The notes beneath the pieces are model-generated. The model made no database searches. It saw only the letters and a program-made list of their open reading frames with translations, and was not told the DNA's origin. A stretch of 64,000 bases of DNA from Dehalococcoidia bacterium (GTDB lineage: Bacteria > Chloroflexota > Dehalococcoidia > Bin125), in assembly GCA_965232875.1 (NCBI GenBank), contig OZ247431.1, positions 1,720,376 through 1,784,375 of the forward strand, in the 5' to 3' direction. Numbering within the stretch: position 1 is the first letter of the stretch; every line of letters begins with the position of its first letter. Shown here in pieces: positions 50,587-60,377 of this stretch. The position numbers were made by a program, and so were the translations under genes.

Positions 50587-52413
50587 CTATTCCTCGATGC
50601 TGACGAAGCGGAGGTGGGGAATCACCATTCGCGTCGGCTCGTAGTTCTTCACGTAGGGCTTGACCAGCTCGTGCGCGACTGAGTAGTACAGCGGAATCCA
50701 GACCGCTCCCTCAACCAGTTGGCGGTCGATCTGCCTGTAGAGGTTGGTGCGCAACTCGTGGTCGAGCGAGTAGCGCGCCTCCTCCAGCAGAGCGTCGATT
50801 TCCTCGTCGTCAAGCTGGACATCGTTGCCCAGCGACGCGCTGTAGAACTTGTAATCGAGCACGTTGTGCGGGTCGGGATAGTCGAGACTCCAACCGAGCG
50901 AGAAGAAGCCGTACAGGCCACGGTCGATGTCGGAGATGAAGCTGGCGAACTCGACCTGTTGGATTTCTACTTCCAGTCCCAGGTGCTGCCGCCACATGTC
51001 CTGGATTGCTTCGATGCTCGGTCCTGGCGTGGCGCCGGCGCCGGAGATCGTGAGCCGAATCTCATCGAGTAACGGGCTGCCCGCGTAGCGCGACGCTGCC
51101 AGGTATTCCTGCGCCAACTCCGGATCAAAGACCAGCCCTGGGTACTCGTCGTCGTGAGCGGCGAGACCAGGCGGAACGATCTGCCGCGCCTGGATCAGCA
51201 GGTCGGCCTGAACTTCCTGCGTGATCGTCGTCTTGTCGATCGAGTGAGCAAGCGCGAGGCGGACATTGACGTCGTCGAATGGCGGTGTCGCCACGTTGAA
51301 CGCGAGGTAGAAGATGGAGAGCTCGGAGCGTGTCACATACTGGGAGTTCAAATCAGAGGCCGGGTCGCGGACGCGCTCGATGTCGTTGATGCCGACGAAG
51401 GCCTGATCAAGCTCATCATTCTCAAACTGCTCGACTGATCCACCGGCGAAGCGGACGGACACCTTCTCAACCTGGGCCGGTTCGAGGTGGTAGTCGTCAA
51501 ATCGCTCAAGCGTGAGTCCCTCACCGAGTTGCCACTCGGTCAGGCGGAAGGGACCGCTGCCGTTGGGATTGAGCGCCCAGCGCTCAGGGTCCGCCTCGAC
51601 CTGGTCGCGATCGAGAACGTACGCGGTTGGGTAGGTCATCTTGTAGAGGAAGACCGGCGTCGGCTGCAGGATGGTGATGTCGAGCGTGACATCGTCGATG
51701 ACCTGGATGCCGACCACCTCGTCCGCACGGCCGCGCACGTACTCCGCCGCACCGACGATGTCGCCCAGGAAGTCGGGCGCGGTCGGCGAGAGGGTCTCGG
51801 GATGCAGGTTGCGTTCGAGGCTCCATTTGAAGTCCTCAGCCGTGATCCGCTTGCCGTCGTGGAACGTGGCGTTCTCACGAATCGTGAAGCGGTAAGTCAC
51901 AGTGCCGTCGTCATTCGTCGTCGGACCAGGGACGGACTCGGCCAAATCTGCGGCGATCCTCAGGTCTCGATCGAGAACCAGAAGTCCACCGAAGATCTCC
52001 ACAGCAATGACCGCGGAACTCACATCGGTGATCTGCGCGGGGTCCAGGTTGATCGGCTCAGCGCGGGCAACGCGGAACTCGCCGCTCTCGCGGGGCGCTA
52101 CGGGAGCGGCGGATTGATCGTCGGCTTGAGCCTGGGCCGCTTCTCGTTGCTGCTGCTGTTGCTGCTGGATCGTTGCCTGACGCTCTTGCCGCGAATCGTC
52201 TTGTGGTTGATCCTGCTCAGATTGAGCGCGTTCTGTCCGCGTGTCTGCCTGCGCTTGATCCTGCTGCTGCTCGGATTGGTCATCACCGCTGCACGCAGTC
52301 AGGAGAAGCACAACCCCTAGCACGCTCACAGCAAGCAGCGACTTCCATCGCGCTGTGGAACTCAAGACCGACTTCACACGGCCCGGCACTCGCTCAAGTT
52401 GATCAACTGACAC
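50587..52413 (-). CDS. ABC transporter substrate-binding protein, family 5, with Q-rich low-complexity linker
   Basis: Signal/anchor, QSEQQQDQAQAD…QQQQQQQREAAQAQ linker. SBP_bac_5-like body. Confidence 0.8.
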   Translation of the reverse strand: MSVDQLERVPGRVKSVLSSTARWKSLLAVSVLGVVLLLTACSGDDQSEQQQDQAQADTRTERAQSEQDQPQDDSRQERQATIQQQQQQQREAAQAQADDQSAAPVAPRESGEFRVARAEPINLDPAQITDVSSAVIAVEIFGGLLVLDRDLRIAADLAESVPGPTTNDDGTVTYRFTIRENATFHDGKRITAEDFKWSLERNLHPETLSPTAPDFLGDIVGAAEYVRGRADEVVGIQVIDDVTLDITILQPTPVFLYKMTYPTAYVLDRDQVEADPERWALNPNGSGPFRLTEWQLGEGLTLERFDDYHLEPAQVEKVSVRFAGGSVEQFENDELDQAFVGINDIERVRDPASDLNSQYVTRSELSIFYLAFNVATPPFDDVNVRLALAHSIDKTTITQEVQADLLIQARQIVPPGLAAHDDEYPGLVFDPELAQEYLAASRYAGSPLLDEIRLTISGAGATPGPSIEAIQDMWRQHLGLEVEIQQVEFASFISDIDRGLYGFFSLGWSLDYPDPHNVLDYKFYSASLGNDVQLDDEEIDALLEEARYSLDHELRTNLYRQIDRQLVEGAVWIPLYYSVAHELVKPYVKNYEPTRMVIPHLRFVSIEE

Positions 52414-52478
52414 GTCAGCGACCCTCTACTTCCGTTTGCAACCCGGAACGCCCAACCCCTTGTATGTATTGAAGATTA

Positions 52479-54293
52479 TCACTGAACCACTGGCTCGACG
52501 GCCTGGGTGACATGCAAATGGAGTTCGTCCAATTGCTCGTCGGTAATCGACATCGGCGCGCCGGTCATCGGATCGGATGCGGACATGGTCTTGGGGAACG
52601 CAATCACCTCGCGGATGTTCTCGGTGCCGGCGAGCAACATGGCGACGCGGTCGATGCCGAATGCAAATCCGCCGTGCGGCGGCGCACCGTACTCAAATGC
52701 GTTGAGCATGTGACCGAATCGCTGCTGCGCCTCCTTGGCCTCGACGCCCAACAGTTCGAATACCTGCATCTGCAGATCGCGCTCGTGGATCCGAATCGAG
52801 CCTGAGCCGAGCTCGAATCCGTTGCAGATGGTGTCATATGCGCGGGCTCGGACTTGTCCGGGCTCGCTGTCGAGCAGATGCGCATCCTTGGACTGTGGGG
52901 CGGTAAACGGATGATGCAGTGCGTTCCAGCGCTGACCGTCTTCGTCCCACTCGACGAGCGGGAAGTCAGTCACAAAGCCGAAGTTGAGCACGGAATCGTC
53001 GGCCAGATCGAGTTGCCGGGCTAGCTCGCGGCGTATGCCATCGAGAACAGTGGAGACCATTCCCGACTCGCCCGCTGCCAGCAAGACCAGGTCGCCCGCC
53101 GACGCTCCGCACTGCTCGCCGATCTTGCGGGCGTCCTCGATGCCCAGATGCCGCAAAACGGGCGAGCGGACGTCATCTTCGGTCGCCGACGCGGTATCGG
53201 CGCTGAACTGCAACGAGACCAGGCCCGGCGCGCCCATCGTCTTGGCCAGGTTGGTAAAGGCATCGACCTCGCGCCTGGACAACGACGCACCGCCGGGCAT
53301 GACGATGCCGCGCACCCGACCGCCGTTGGCGATGGTCGAGGAAAACACGCCGAATCCGGAGCTCGCGGCGATGTCGGAGCAATCGGACAGTTCCAGGCCA
53401 TAGCGCAAGTCAGGCTTGTCCGACCCGTAGCGCTCCATCGCTTCATGCCAGGTCAGGCGTGGGAAGGGTCGAGGCACAGTCAGGTCGGGCCGCAATGCGG
53501 CTGCGAGACCGGCGAACAGCTCTTCCAGCAAGCCGAGGATATCCTCTTCTTCGCAGAACGACCACTCCAGGTCGAGCTGTACGAATTCCGGTTGTCGGTC
53601 GGCGCGTAGGTCCTCGTCGCGGAAGCAACGGGCGATCTGGAAATAGCGCTCGACGCCGGCGACCATCAGCAGTTGCTTGAACTGCTGGGGCGCCTGCGGC
53701 AGGGCATAGAACGCGCCCGGAGTCAGACGGCTGGGCACGACGTAGTCGCGAGCGCCCTCGGGCGTCGCAGCGACCAAGATCGGCGTCTCGACTTCGAGAA
53801 ATCCCTCCTCGGTCATGAAGTCGCGGATGAACTGGTTGAGTCGGTGGCGCAGCTCAAGGGCGGAAATCATCGAGGGCCGGCGTAGATCGATGTAGCGATA
53901 CTGCATCCGCACCAATTCGTTGACATCCTCATCTTCGGCGATGGCGAACGGTGGCGTCTTGGCCGCGTTCAGCACTTCGACCGAAGTGGCAACCACTTCA
54001 ATGTCCCCGGTCGGGATGTTCGGGTTGCGTGTCGCCTCGGAGCGCTCAATGACGTTGCCTTCGATGCGCAACACGAACTCGCCGCGCACGGTGTTGGCGA
54101 TTTCGTAAGCGTCGGGATTGTCGTCAGGCCGAATCACGACCTGCACGAGTCCGTCGCGGTCTCGCAGATCGATGAAAATCAACTGTCCGTGATCGCGCCG
54201 CCGATGGACCCAGCCGGCCAGTGTCACCGACTCGCCTGCGTGCGCCGCTCTCAACGTCCCGCAACCATGTGTCTTGAGCACCGAATCCTCCAA
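52479..54293 (-). CDS. aspS: Aspartyl-tRNA synthetase (bacterial type)
   Basis: Class II aaRS motifs, N-terminal OB fold. 604 aa. Confidence 0.9.
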   Translation of the reverse strand: MEDSVLKTHGCGTLRAAHAGESVTLAGWVHRRRDHGQLIFIDLRDRDGLVQVVIRPDDNPDAYEIANTVRGEFVLRIEGNVIERSEATRNPNIPTGDIEVVATSVEVLNAAKTPPFAIAEDEDVNELVRMQYRYIDLRRPSMISALELRHRLNQFIRDFMTEEGFLEVETPILVAATPEGARDYVVPSRLTPGAFYALPQAPQQFKQLLMVAGVERYFQIARCFRDEDLRADRQPEFVQLDLEWSFCEEEDILGLLEELFAGLAAALRPDLTVPRPFPRLTWHEAMERYGSDKPDLRYGLELSDCSDIAASSGFGVFSSTIANGGRVRGIVMPGGASLSRREVDAFTNLAKTMGAPGLVSLQFSADTASATEDDVRSPVLRHLGIEDARKIGEQCGASAGDLVLLAAGESGMVSTVLDGIRRELARQLDLADDSVLNFGFVTDFPLVEWDEDGQRWNALHHPFTAPQSKDAHLLDSEPGQVRARAYDTICNGFELGSGSIRIHERDLQMQVFELLGVEAKEAQQRFGHMLNAFEYGAPPHGGFAFGIDRVAMLLAGTENIREVIAFPKTMSASDPMTGAPMSITDEQLDELHLHVTQAVEPVVQ

Positions 54294-54401
54294 CTGTTCC
54301 GCAGATCTGCTCCGCGGATCGAGTGTGTCAGCAACTGTCTACGCAGGCAATCAGTTCCGACACTTGGCCTGCACCTGCAGCGGGACACATACACTCGAAC
54401 A

Positions 54402-55583
54402 GTGACACACGCTCCACTTGGCCTGTACATCCATGTCCCGTTCTGTACGGTCAAATGTTCGTACTGCGACTTCAACTCATTCGCCGGCATTGACGACCTA
54501 CAGGGCGAGTGGCTGACCGCCGCTCTGACCGAACTGTCATTGTGGTCGCCGCGTCTACAGGGACGTGAAATCTCGACGGTGTTCGTCGGAGGCGGGACGC
54601 CGAGCCTCTTGCCCGGCGAATCTGTGCAGCAACTGCTTGATGCGATTCGCGATCAAGTCACGCTCACGTTCGACGCTGAGATCACGTTGGAGGCCAATCC
54701 GGAGAGCGTTGAACCAAGTCGTCTGAACTCTTATCGAGAGTCCGGCGTCAACCGGATCTCGATGGGCGTACAGTCTCTGGATTCATCCGAGTTGGTCTTC
54801 CTTGATCGCATTCACAGCGCCGAGCGAGCCGAGCAGGCCTTCGCCGAGATTCGCGATGCCGGATTCGACAACGTCAATCTCGACTTGATCTACGGTCTAC
54901 CTGGGCAGTCGCTGGCAACCTGGCAATCGACCCTGAGGCAGGTATTGAGCTGGAGCGGAGATGGACCAGATCACATCTCTTGCTACGCCCTGACCGTTGA
55001 GGAAGGCACACCGCTCGCCGCCACGGTCGCATCAGGACGAGTGGTGGAAGCCGACCCTGATCATGTGGCTGAAATCGCCGACTGGACGGCGGCGCGTCTG
55101 GCTTCTGCAGGCTATGAGCAATACGAGACCAGCAACTACGCACGCAACGACTTGGCCTGCCAACACAACTTGATCTACTGGCGCAACCAGGAATACGCCG
55201 CAATCGGTCCCGGAGCGCACGGATATGTTGACGGCGTGCGATTTCACGTGGTCCGCAGTCCCAGGGTCTACATCGACCGGCTACGTGGCCAATCCCCTAC
55301 TTCAAACGCACCTGAGGGATTGCCGTCGCCGGCGATCGCCGGCGCGGAGCGTGTCGATGCCCGCGAGGACATCATCGACACATTGACCTCGGGACTGCGA
55401 TTGGTTGAAGGCGTCGATGAGTCGTCGTTGCCTGAGACGTACACGGAGTTCCGTCCGACCCTCGATTGGGCAGTGAAGCAAGGACTCGCCGAGCGTAGTG
55501 GGGGTCGGCTGAGGCTGACGAAGCGGGGGCATGCGGTCGCGAATGAAGTGTTTGTCAGGCTGCTTGATCCAGTGTTGGGGTAG
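54402..55583 (+). CDS. hemW: Radical-SAM heme chaperone HemW (HemN-like)
   Basis: …LGLYIHVPFCTVKCSYCDFNS… CxxxCxxC motif. The start (GTG 54402) is uncertain, because the track ORF extends upstream into aspS. Confidence 0.75.
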   Translation: MTHAPLGLYIHVPFCTVKCSYCDFNSFAGIDDLQGEWLTAALTELSLWSPRLQGREISTVFVGGGTPSLLPGESVQQLLDAIRDQVTLTFDAEITLEANPESVEPSRLNSYRESGVNRISMGVQSLDSSELVFLDRIHSAERAEQAFAEIRDAGFDNVNLDLIYGLPGQSLATWQSTLRQVLSWSGDGPDHISCYALTVEEGTPLAATVASGRVVEADPDHVAEIADWTAARLASAGYEQYETSNYARNDLACQHNLIYWRNQEYAAIGPGAHGYVDGVRFHVVRSPRVYIDRLRGQSPTSNAPEGLPSPAIAGAERVDAREDIIDTLTSGLRLVEGVDESSLPETYTEFRPTLDWAVKQGLAERSGGRLRLTKRGHAVANEVFVRLLDPVLG

Positions 55584-55689
55584 GCATTCCCTGCGTTCCG
55601 GCGCTTCACTCCACGTGGGAACGCTGTCCCGAACAGACTGATGGTGGCGTGACGGCACCACTCCGCGTCAGGAAGGACCCCCCCCCCCT

Positions 55690-55900
55690 CAGCCTTCGGC
55701 AGCTCCTCCTTGCAAGAGACCGATGCATAACTCCCCTTCTCCCCCTTGCGGGGGAGATGCCCCCTGCCTACGCAGGGGCAGGCTCCGGCAGAGGGGGGTT
55801 CCCTGCCTCTTAGCCCTATCTGGTCGTCGCCAGCCGCCTCCCTCTGTCACTCTGTGACATCTCCCCCCGCAAGGGGGGAGAGGGGAATCGGAGGATATGC
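55690..55900. repeat. Cluster of G-rich palindromic REP-like elements
   Basis: CCCCCTTGCGGGGGAG, CTGCCTACGCAGGGGCAGG, CCCCCCGCAAGGGGGGAGAGGGG. Shares the CTCAGCCTTCGGCAGCTCC core with 8610-8630. Confidence 0.7.
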
Positions 55901-55956
55901 ATCAGTCTCTGCAAGGGGGAGCAAAGGGAACCGATTGCCAGCCTCCCTGCGACGAG

Positions 55957-56964
55957 TTAGACCTCAACCAACTCCTCGATATCGATGCAGTCCAGCAGGA
56001 TTTTGCCGAAGTTCTTGTTCTCGGCCATGTATTGGTGCGCTTCGGCCGCTTTGCTCAGCGGGAAGACGGAATCGATGACCGGCTTCATGTCTCCGTTGAC
56101 GATGGCCGGTTCGAGGTGCTGCTGGAAGTCTCGGGTGATCTCGGCTCTGTCGATCAGCGGACGTGAGCGCATCACAGTTCCCATGACTCGAAGACGCTTC
56201 TGCATCAACATTCCCAGGTTGGTCTCGGCGTTCGCTCCGCCCATCAGACCGACCAGGACCAGGCGGCCAGCCATCGCCAGGGATTGCAAGTTCGAGTTCC
56301 AGTAATCCCGACCGATCACGTCAAGAATGACATTGACGCCCTGCCCATTCGTCTCTTCACGGATCACTTCAGCAAAGTCTTGCTCCCGATAGTTGATCGT
56401 CCGGTCGGCGCCCAGTTCTCGGGCTCGCTCGCACTTTTCCTCCGAGCCGGCGGTAGTCCATACTTCTGCGCCGATCAATCGACCGATCTGGATCGCCGCG
56501 ATGCCAACGCCGCTGCCTCCGGCATGCACAAGCAGGCGCTCGCCCGGCAGCGTCTGCCCGAGCGTGCGTACTGCGGTGTTTGCCGTAAAGAACACCTCTG
56601 GAATCGAGGCTGCTTCGTGATAGGTGAACTCGTCGGGAATCGCCATGGTCAGTGACTCGTGCATGGTCGCCATCTCGGCGTATCCGCCTCCGCCCGAGAG
56701 TCCGTAGACACGGTCGCCAACTGAGAATCCGCGCACTCGTGAGCCGGTCTCGACCACTTCGCCGGACAGTTCAAGGCCAAGGATCTCCGACGCGCCGTGC
56801 TGGGCGGGATAGTTGCCCATCCGCTGCATCATGTCGGCGCGATTCAGGGCCGTCGCGTGAACGCGGATCAGAACTTCCTCGTCGCTCGGTTGAGGGTCAG
56901 GGACCTCATCCAGGCGCAGAGAGTCTGCCGTTTTGCCAGGTGGATCGACAACTATTGCCTTCAT
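55957..56964 (-). CDS. qor: NADPH:quinone oxidoreductase / zinc-type alcohol dehydrogenase family
   Basis: MKAIVVD…, GxGxxG region …HAGGSGVGIAAIQI…. Confidence 0.75.
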   Translation of the reverse strand: MKAIVVDPPGKTADSLRLDEVPDPQPSDEEVLIRVHATALNRADMMQRMGNYPAQHGASEILGLELSGEVVETGSRVRGFSVGDRVYGLSGGGGYAEMATMHESLTMAIPDEFTYHEAASIPEVFFTANTAVRTLGQTLPGERLLVHAGGSGVGIAAIQIGRLIGAEVWTTAGSEEKCERARELGADRTINYREQDFAEVIREETNGQGVNVILDVIGRDYWNSNLQSLAMAGRLVLVGLMGGANAETNLGMLMQKRLRVMGTVMRSRPLIDRAEITRDFQQHLEPAIVNGDMKPVIDSVFPLSKAAEAHQYMAENKNFGKILLDCIDIEELVEV

Positions 56965-57026
56965 CGCACATATCCTCCAACACAACTGGTTGCACAGATT
57001 GGTGAGTCAAGGGTCAGGGTAATCGC

Positions 57027-58895
57027 GTGTATGTCGTCGGTACCGCCGGACACGTCGATCACGGCAAGAGCGCGCTGGTGCAGGCGTTGTCGGGCATCGA
57101 TCCGGACCGCTGGGCCGAGGAAAAAGCACGCGGACTGACCATTGACCTCGGCTTCGCCTGGTGCGAACTGCCCTCTGGCCGCGCGGTCAGCATCGTTGAC
57201 GTCCCCGGACACGAGCGGTTCATCAAGAACATGCTGGCCGGCGTCGGCGGGATCAACCTGGCGTTGTTGGTGATTGCCGCCGACGAAGGTGTGATGCCCC
57301 AGACTCGCGAGCACCTGGACATTCTCGACTTGCTCGACATCGATCTGGGACTCGTTGCCCTGACCAAAACCGATCTGGTCGACGAGGACTGGCTGGCGCT
57401 GGTGGAGGAGGAGATCATTGAGTTGCTCGATGACACTGCTCTGAGTGGATCGCAGATTGAGCCGGTCTCTGCGCTCACCGGCGACGGCGTGGACGACTTG
57501 CGCTCAAAGATCGATGCGATGCTTGCCGATCTGCCGCCGATCCCAAATCAAGGCCGACCGCGCATGCCGATTGATCGGTCGTTTACGATTTCCGGCTTCG
57601 GGACCGTCGTAACCGGCACCCTGCTCGACGGCGAACTCTCGGTGGGCGATGCGGTTGTGGTCGAGCCAGGTCGACGCGAGTGTCGCGTCCGAGGCTTGCA
57701 GTCACATGAAGAGTCGCTGGACACGGCGCCGCCCGGGGCTCGCACCGCGGTCAATCTGAGCGGCGTCTCGGCCGGCGAGGTTGAGCGCGGCATGGTGCTC
57801 TCGACGCCCGGCTGGCTAGAACCGACCGTTGCGATCGATGTCCGACTACGCGCTGTCGCCCGAGCCGCCAAGGCGTTGCCCCACAACGCGACGCGGACGC
57901 TGCACGTTGGCGCCGATGAGGTGCAGGCCCGCGTACGACTACTCGAAGGGGAGGCGCTAGCGCCGGGATCGTCAACGTGGGCGCAGCTTCGGCTCGAGCG
58001 ACCGATTGCCGCCGCTCGAGGTGATCACTTCGTCCTGCGCTCGGCAGATTCAACTGTCGCCGGCGGGCGGATCGTTGACACGCGACCACGTCGACATCAT
58101 CGCAACGACGCTTCGACACTTGAGGCATTGGAACGACTGCTCGATGGTTCGCCCGACGACACGCTACTGACAGTGCTGCAGCGGATGGAGCCAGCGCGCT
58201 GGGATGGGCTGGTCGCACGCAGCGAGTTGTCGCTGGAGGAGGCGATGGCCGCGATCGAGCGTCAGATCGATGATGATGCCGTGGTGGTGCTCGATGAAGG
58301 CGGACTGTCTGACTCGGCGGTACTGATTTCTGAGCAGGGGATGGGAGCGTTGCTGGCGCGAGCCGAGGGCGCAGTAACGGATTATGTCAACTCGTTTCCG
58401 CTTCGGGCGGGATTGCCCCGAGAAGATCTGCGCACGCGAGTGAAACTGCCGCAGCGCGCCTTCTCGTTTCTGCAGCAGGCACTAGTCGACTCGGGGCGGC
58501 TGATTCTGAACGACGCTTCGTTTGATCTCCCCAGTCGACAGGTGGCGCTCTCTGACGCTCAGCAGTCGCAGGTTGACGCGTTGCTGCTCCGACTCAAACA
58601 GCAAGGGACACGCCCGGAAACCGACCCCAAGCTCGACGCCGATTTGCTCGAGTACCTGGAAGCGAAGCATTTGATCATGAGGCTCAAAGGCGGTGTCAAC
58701 CTCGACCGCGCTGTGTACGACAGAATGGTCGCCGAGACCCGAGCACTACTTGAGGCGCAGGAGCGAGCCACGCTGGCCGATGTACGAGATCGCCTCGAGA
58801 CCAGCCGCAAGATCGCGCAGGCCTTCCTCGAGCACCTCGACACCAACCGGATCACTCGTCGAGTCGGCGATGCTCGAGTGCTGCGCAAGGGTTAG
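57027..58895 (+). CDS. selB: Selenocysteine-specific translation elongation factor SelB
   Basis: GTAGHVDHGKSALVQALSG G-domain. 622 aa with C-terminal winged-helix extension. Confidence 0.85.
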   Translation: MYVVGTAGHVDHGKSALVQALSGIDPDRWAEEKARGLTIDLGFAWCELPSGRAVSIVDVPGHERFIKNMLAGVGGINLALLVIAADEGVMPQTREHLDILDLLDIDLGLVALTKTDLVDEDWLALVEEEIIELLDDTALSGSQIEPVSALTGDGVDDLRSKIDAMLADLPPIPNQGRPRMPIDRSFTISGFGTVVTGTLLDGELSVGDAVVVEPGRRECRVRGLQSHEESLDTAPPGARTAVNLSGVSAGEVERGMVLSTPGWLEPTVAIDVRLRAVARAAKALPHNATRTLHVGADEVQARVRLLEGEALAPGSSTWAQLRLERPIAAARGDHFVLRSADSTVAGGRIVDTRPRRHHRNDASTLEALERLLDGSPDDTLLTVLQRMEPARWDGLVARSELSLEEAMAAIERQIDDDAVVVLDEGGLSDSAVLISEQGMGALLARAEGAVTDYVNSFPLRAGLPREDLRTRVKLPQRAFSFLQQALVDSGRLILNDASFDLPSRQVALSDAQQSQVDALLLRLKQQGTRPETDPKLDADLLEYLEAKHLIMRLKGGVNLDRAVYDRMVAETRALLEAQERATLADVRDRLETSRKIAQAFLEHLDTNRITRRVGDARVLRKG

Positions 58896-59066
58896 GTCTG
58901 GCGGAGGCTCAAGTGCATCACTCGCGTCGGAGGACAGCCGCACCCTCTCGGCCTTCGGTAGCTTCTCCCGCATGAAGACCGTTGCCACAGCCTCCATTCC
59001 GTCATTGCCGCGCTTCGTCGCGGCAATCTCGCCACGTCCAGTACGAACGTCTTTGCTCGATTCTGC

Positions 59067-59100
59067 GAGATACCCGCGACAAGCGCGGGTATGACGAGAC
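59067..59100. repeat. Hairpin element GAGATACCCGCG-ACAA-GCGCGGGTATGACGAGA
   Basis: Compensatory T->A / A->T changes in the two stem arms relative to the 731 copy keep the pairing. Confidence 0.75.
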
Positions 59101-59174
59101 TGTTCCTGCGAGTCAGGCGGTGTTTCAATCATCTCCGGTAGGGGGGAAAGAAGGACGGAAGCGAGCGAGCGTTG

Positions 59175-60377
59175 TTAGGCCTCTCGTTCGACCCGACGTA
59201 CCACTCGTCGCTCTCCGCGCATTCGCAGCAGCCTCGGCAGCGTGCCGTCTTGCCAGAGGAAGACGATCTGGCTGGCAACGGCGATAGACGAATACGTACC
59301 CGCCACGGTCCCGATGAAGAGCACGATCACGAACGGGCGGATGGTCACGCCACCGATCAGCAACAACGCCAGCAATGCCAGCACCACTGTGATTGACGTA
59401 TTCAGCGATCGGCCCAGGGATTGAGTGATGGCGGAGTTGACGACCCGGCGGAAGTCCTCGCGCGGATCGAGCAGCAGGTTCTCTCGGATTCGGTCGAAGA
59501 CGACGATGGTGTCGTTGACGCTGTATCCGATGATCGCCAGAAGCGCCGTGATGAACATGGCGTTGACTTCAAGGTCGGCGAAGCGTCCACCGATGGCGAA
59601 CACGCCGGCGACGATCGTGACATCGTGCATCAACGCGACAATCGCCGCGGCCCCGTAGAGCATCGGATTAGGCAAGCGACGGAACGCCAGCGAGATGTAG
59701 ATCAGAATCGCAACCGCAGCCACGGCGAGTGCGACGCCGGCATCGCGGGCGATCTCCACCGACAGCGTTCCCGATACCGACGAGCTTTGCAGGACGACGA
59801 TGGGTCCGACTTCGCTGCGCAGCGATTCGTTGATTCGCTGGCGCAGACCCTCGAGATCACCGTCCGACGGTTGCTCGACACGCAGGCGGAATGCGGAATC
59901 CGCGGTCGCCTGGATCCTGGCGCCTCCGAGACCAACAGTCTCGAGCGCGGACCTGACTTCGTCCTGCGAGACATTACCAGGGAACCAGAACTCGCTGCGG
60001 ACTGCGGATTCTTCTACGTCCAGATCGAGGCTGACGCTGGCCGGTAGTTCCGCGCCAATCGTGTTTCCGATCAAATCAGCGACCGCGAACCCGTCATCCA
60101 ACGACGGCGGACTGAGTGTCGCGCTGACTACGAACGAACCATCCTCGCCCTCGATGACGTTGATGGTTGCGCTCTGCGGAGCACCCTCGATAGCGTCAAC
60201 CGCTTCGGTCACGTCATCGAGGTCGGTGTCGCCGAGGAACCGCACTTCGGTTTCCAGTCCACCGGCGAAGTCGAGTCCAGCCTCGAACTGCCAGAGGGCC
60301 AGGCCGATCAGCGACGGGATGATCAGCAGCAGCGAGAGCACGGCATAGATGCGTCGGCGTCCAACGAAATCAATCAT
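59175..60377 (-). CDS. secF: Protein translocase subunit SecF
   Basis: SecD/SecF family TM pattern. 4-bp overlap with secD. Confidence 0.9.
   Translation of the reverse strand: MIDFVGRRRIYAVLSLLLIIPSLIGLALWQFEAGLDFAGGLETEVRFLGDTDLDDVTEAVDAIEGAPQSATINVIEGEDGSFVVSATLSPPSLDDGFAVADLIGNTIGAELPASVSLDLDVEESAVRSEFWFPGNVSQDEVRSALETVGLGGARIQATADSAFRLRVEQPSDGDLEGLRQRINESLRSEVGPIVVLQSSSVSGTLSVEIARDAGVALAVAAVAILIYISLAFRRLPNPMLYGAAAIVALMHDVTIVAGVFAIGGRFADLEVNAMFITALLAIIGYSVNDTIVVFDRIRENLLLDPREDFRRVVNSAITQSLGRSLNTSITVVLALLALLLIGGVTIRPFVIVLFIGTVAGTYSSIAVASQIVFLWQDGTLPRLLRMRGERRVVRRVEREA

Noticed and set aside
54189-54401. Upstream extension of the hemW ORF overlapping aspS
   Set aside because: It overlaps the divergent aspS start, and HemW family proteins begin a few residues before LYIHVPFC.
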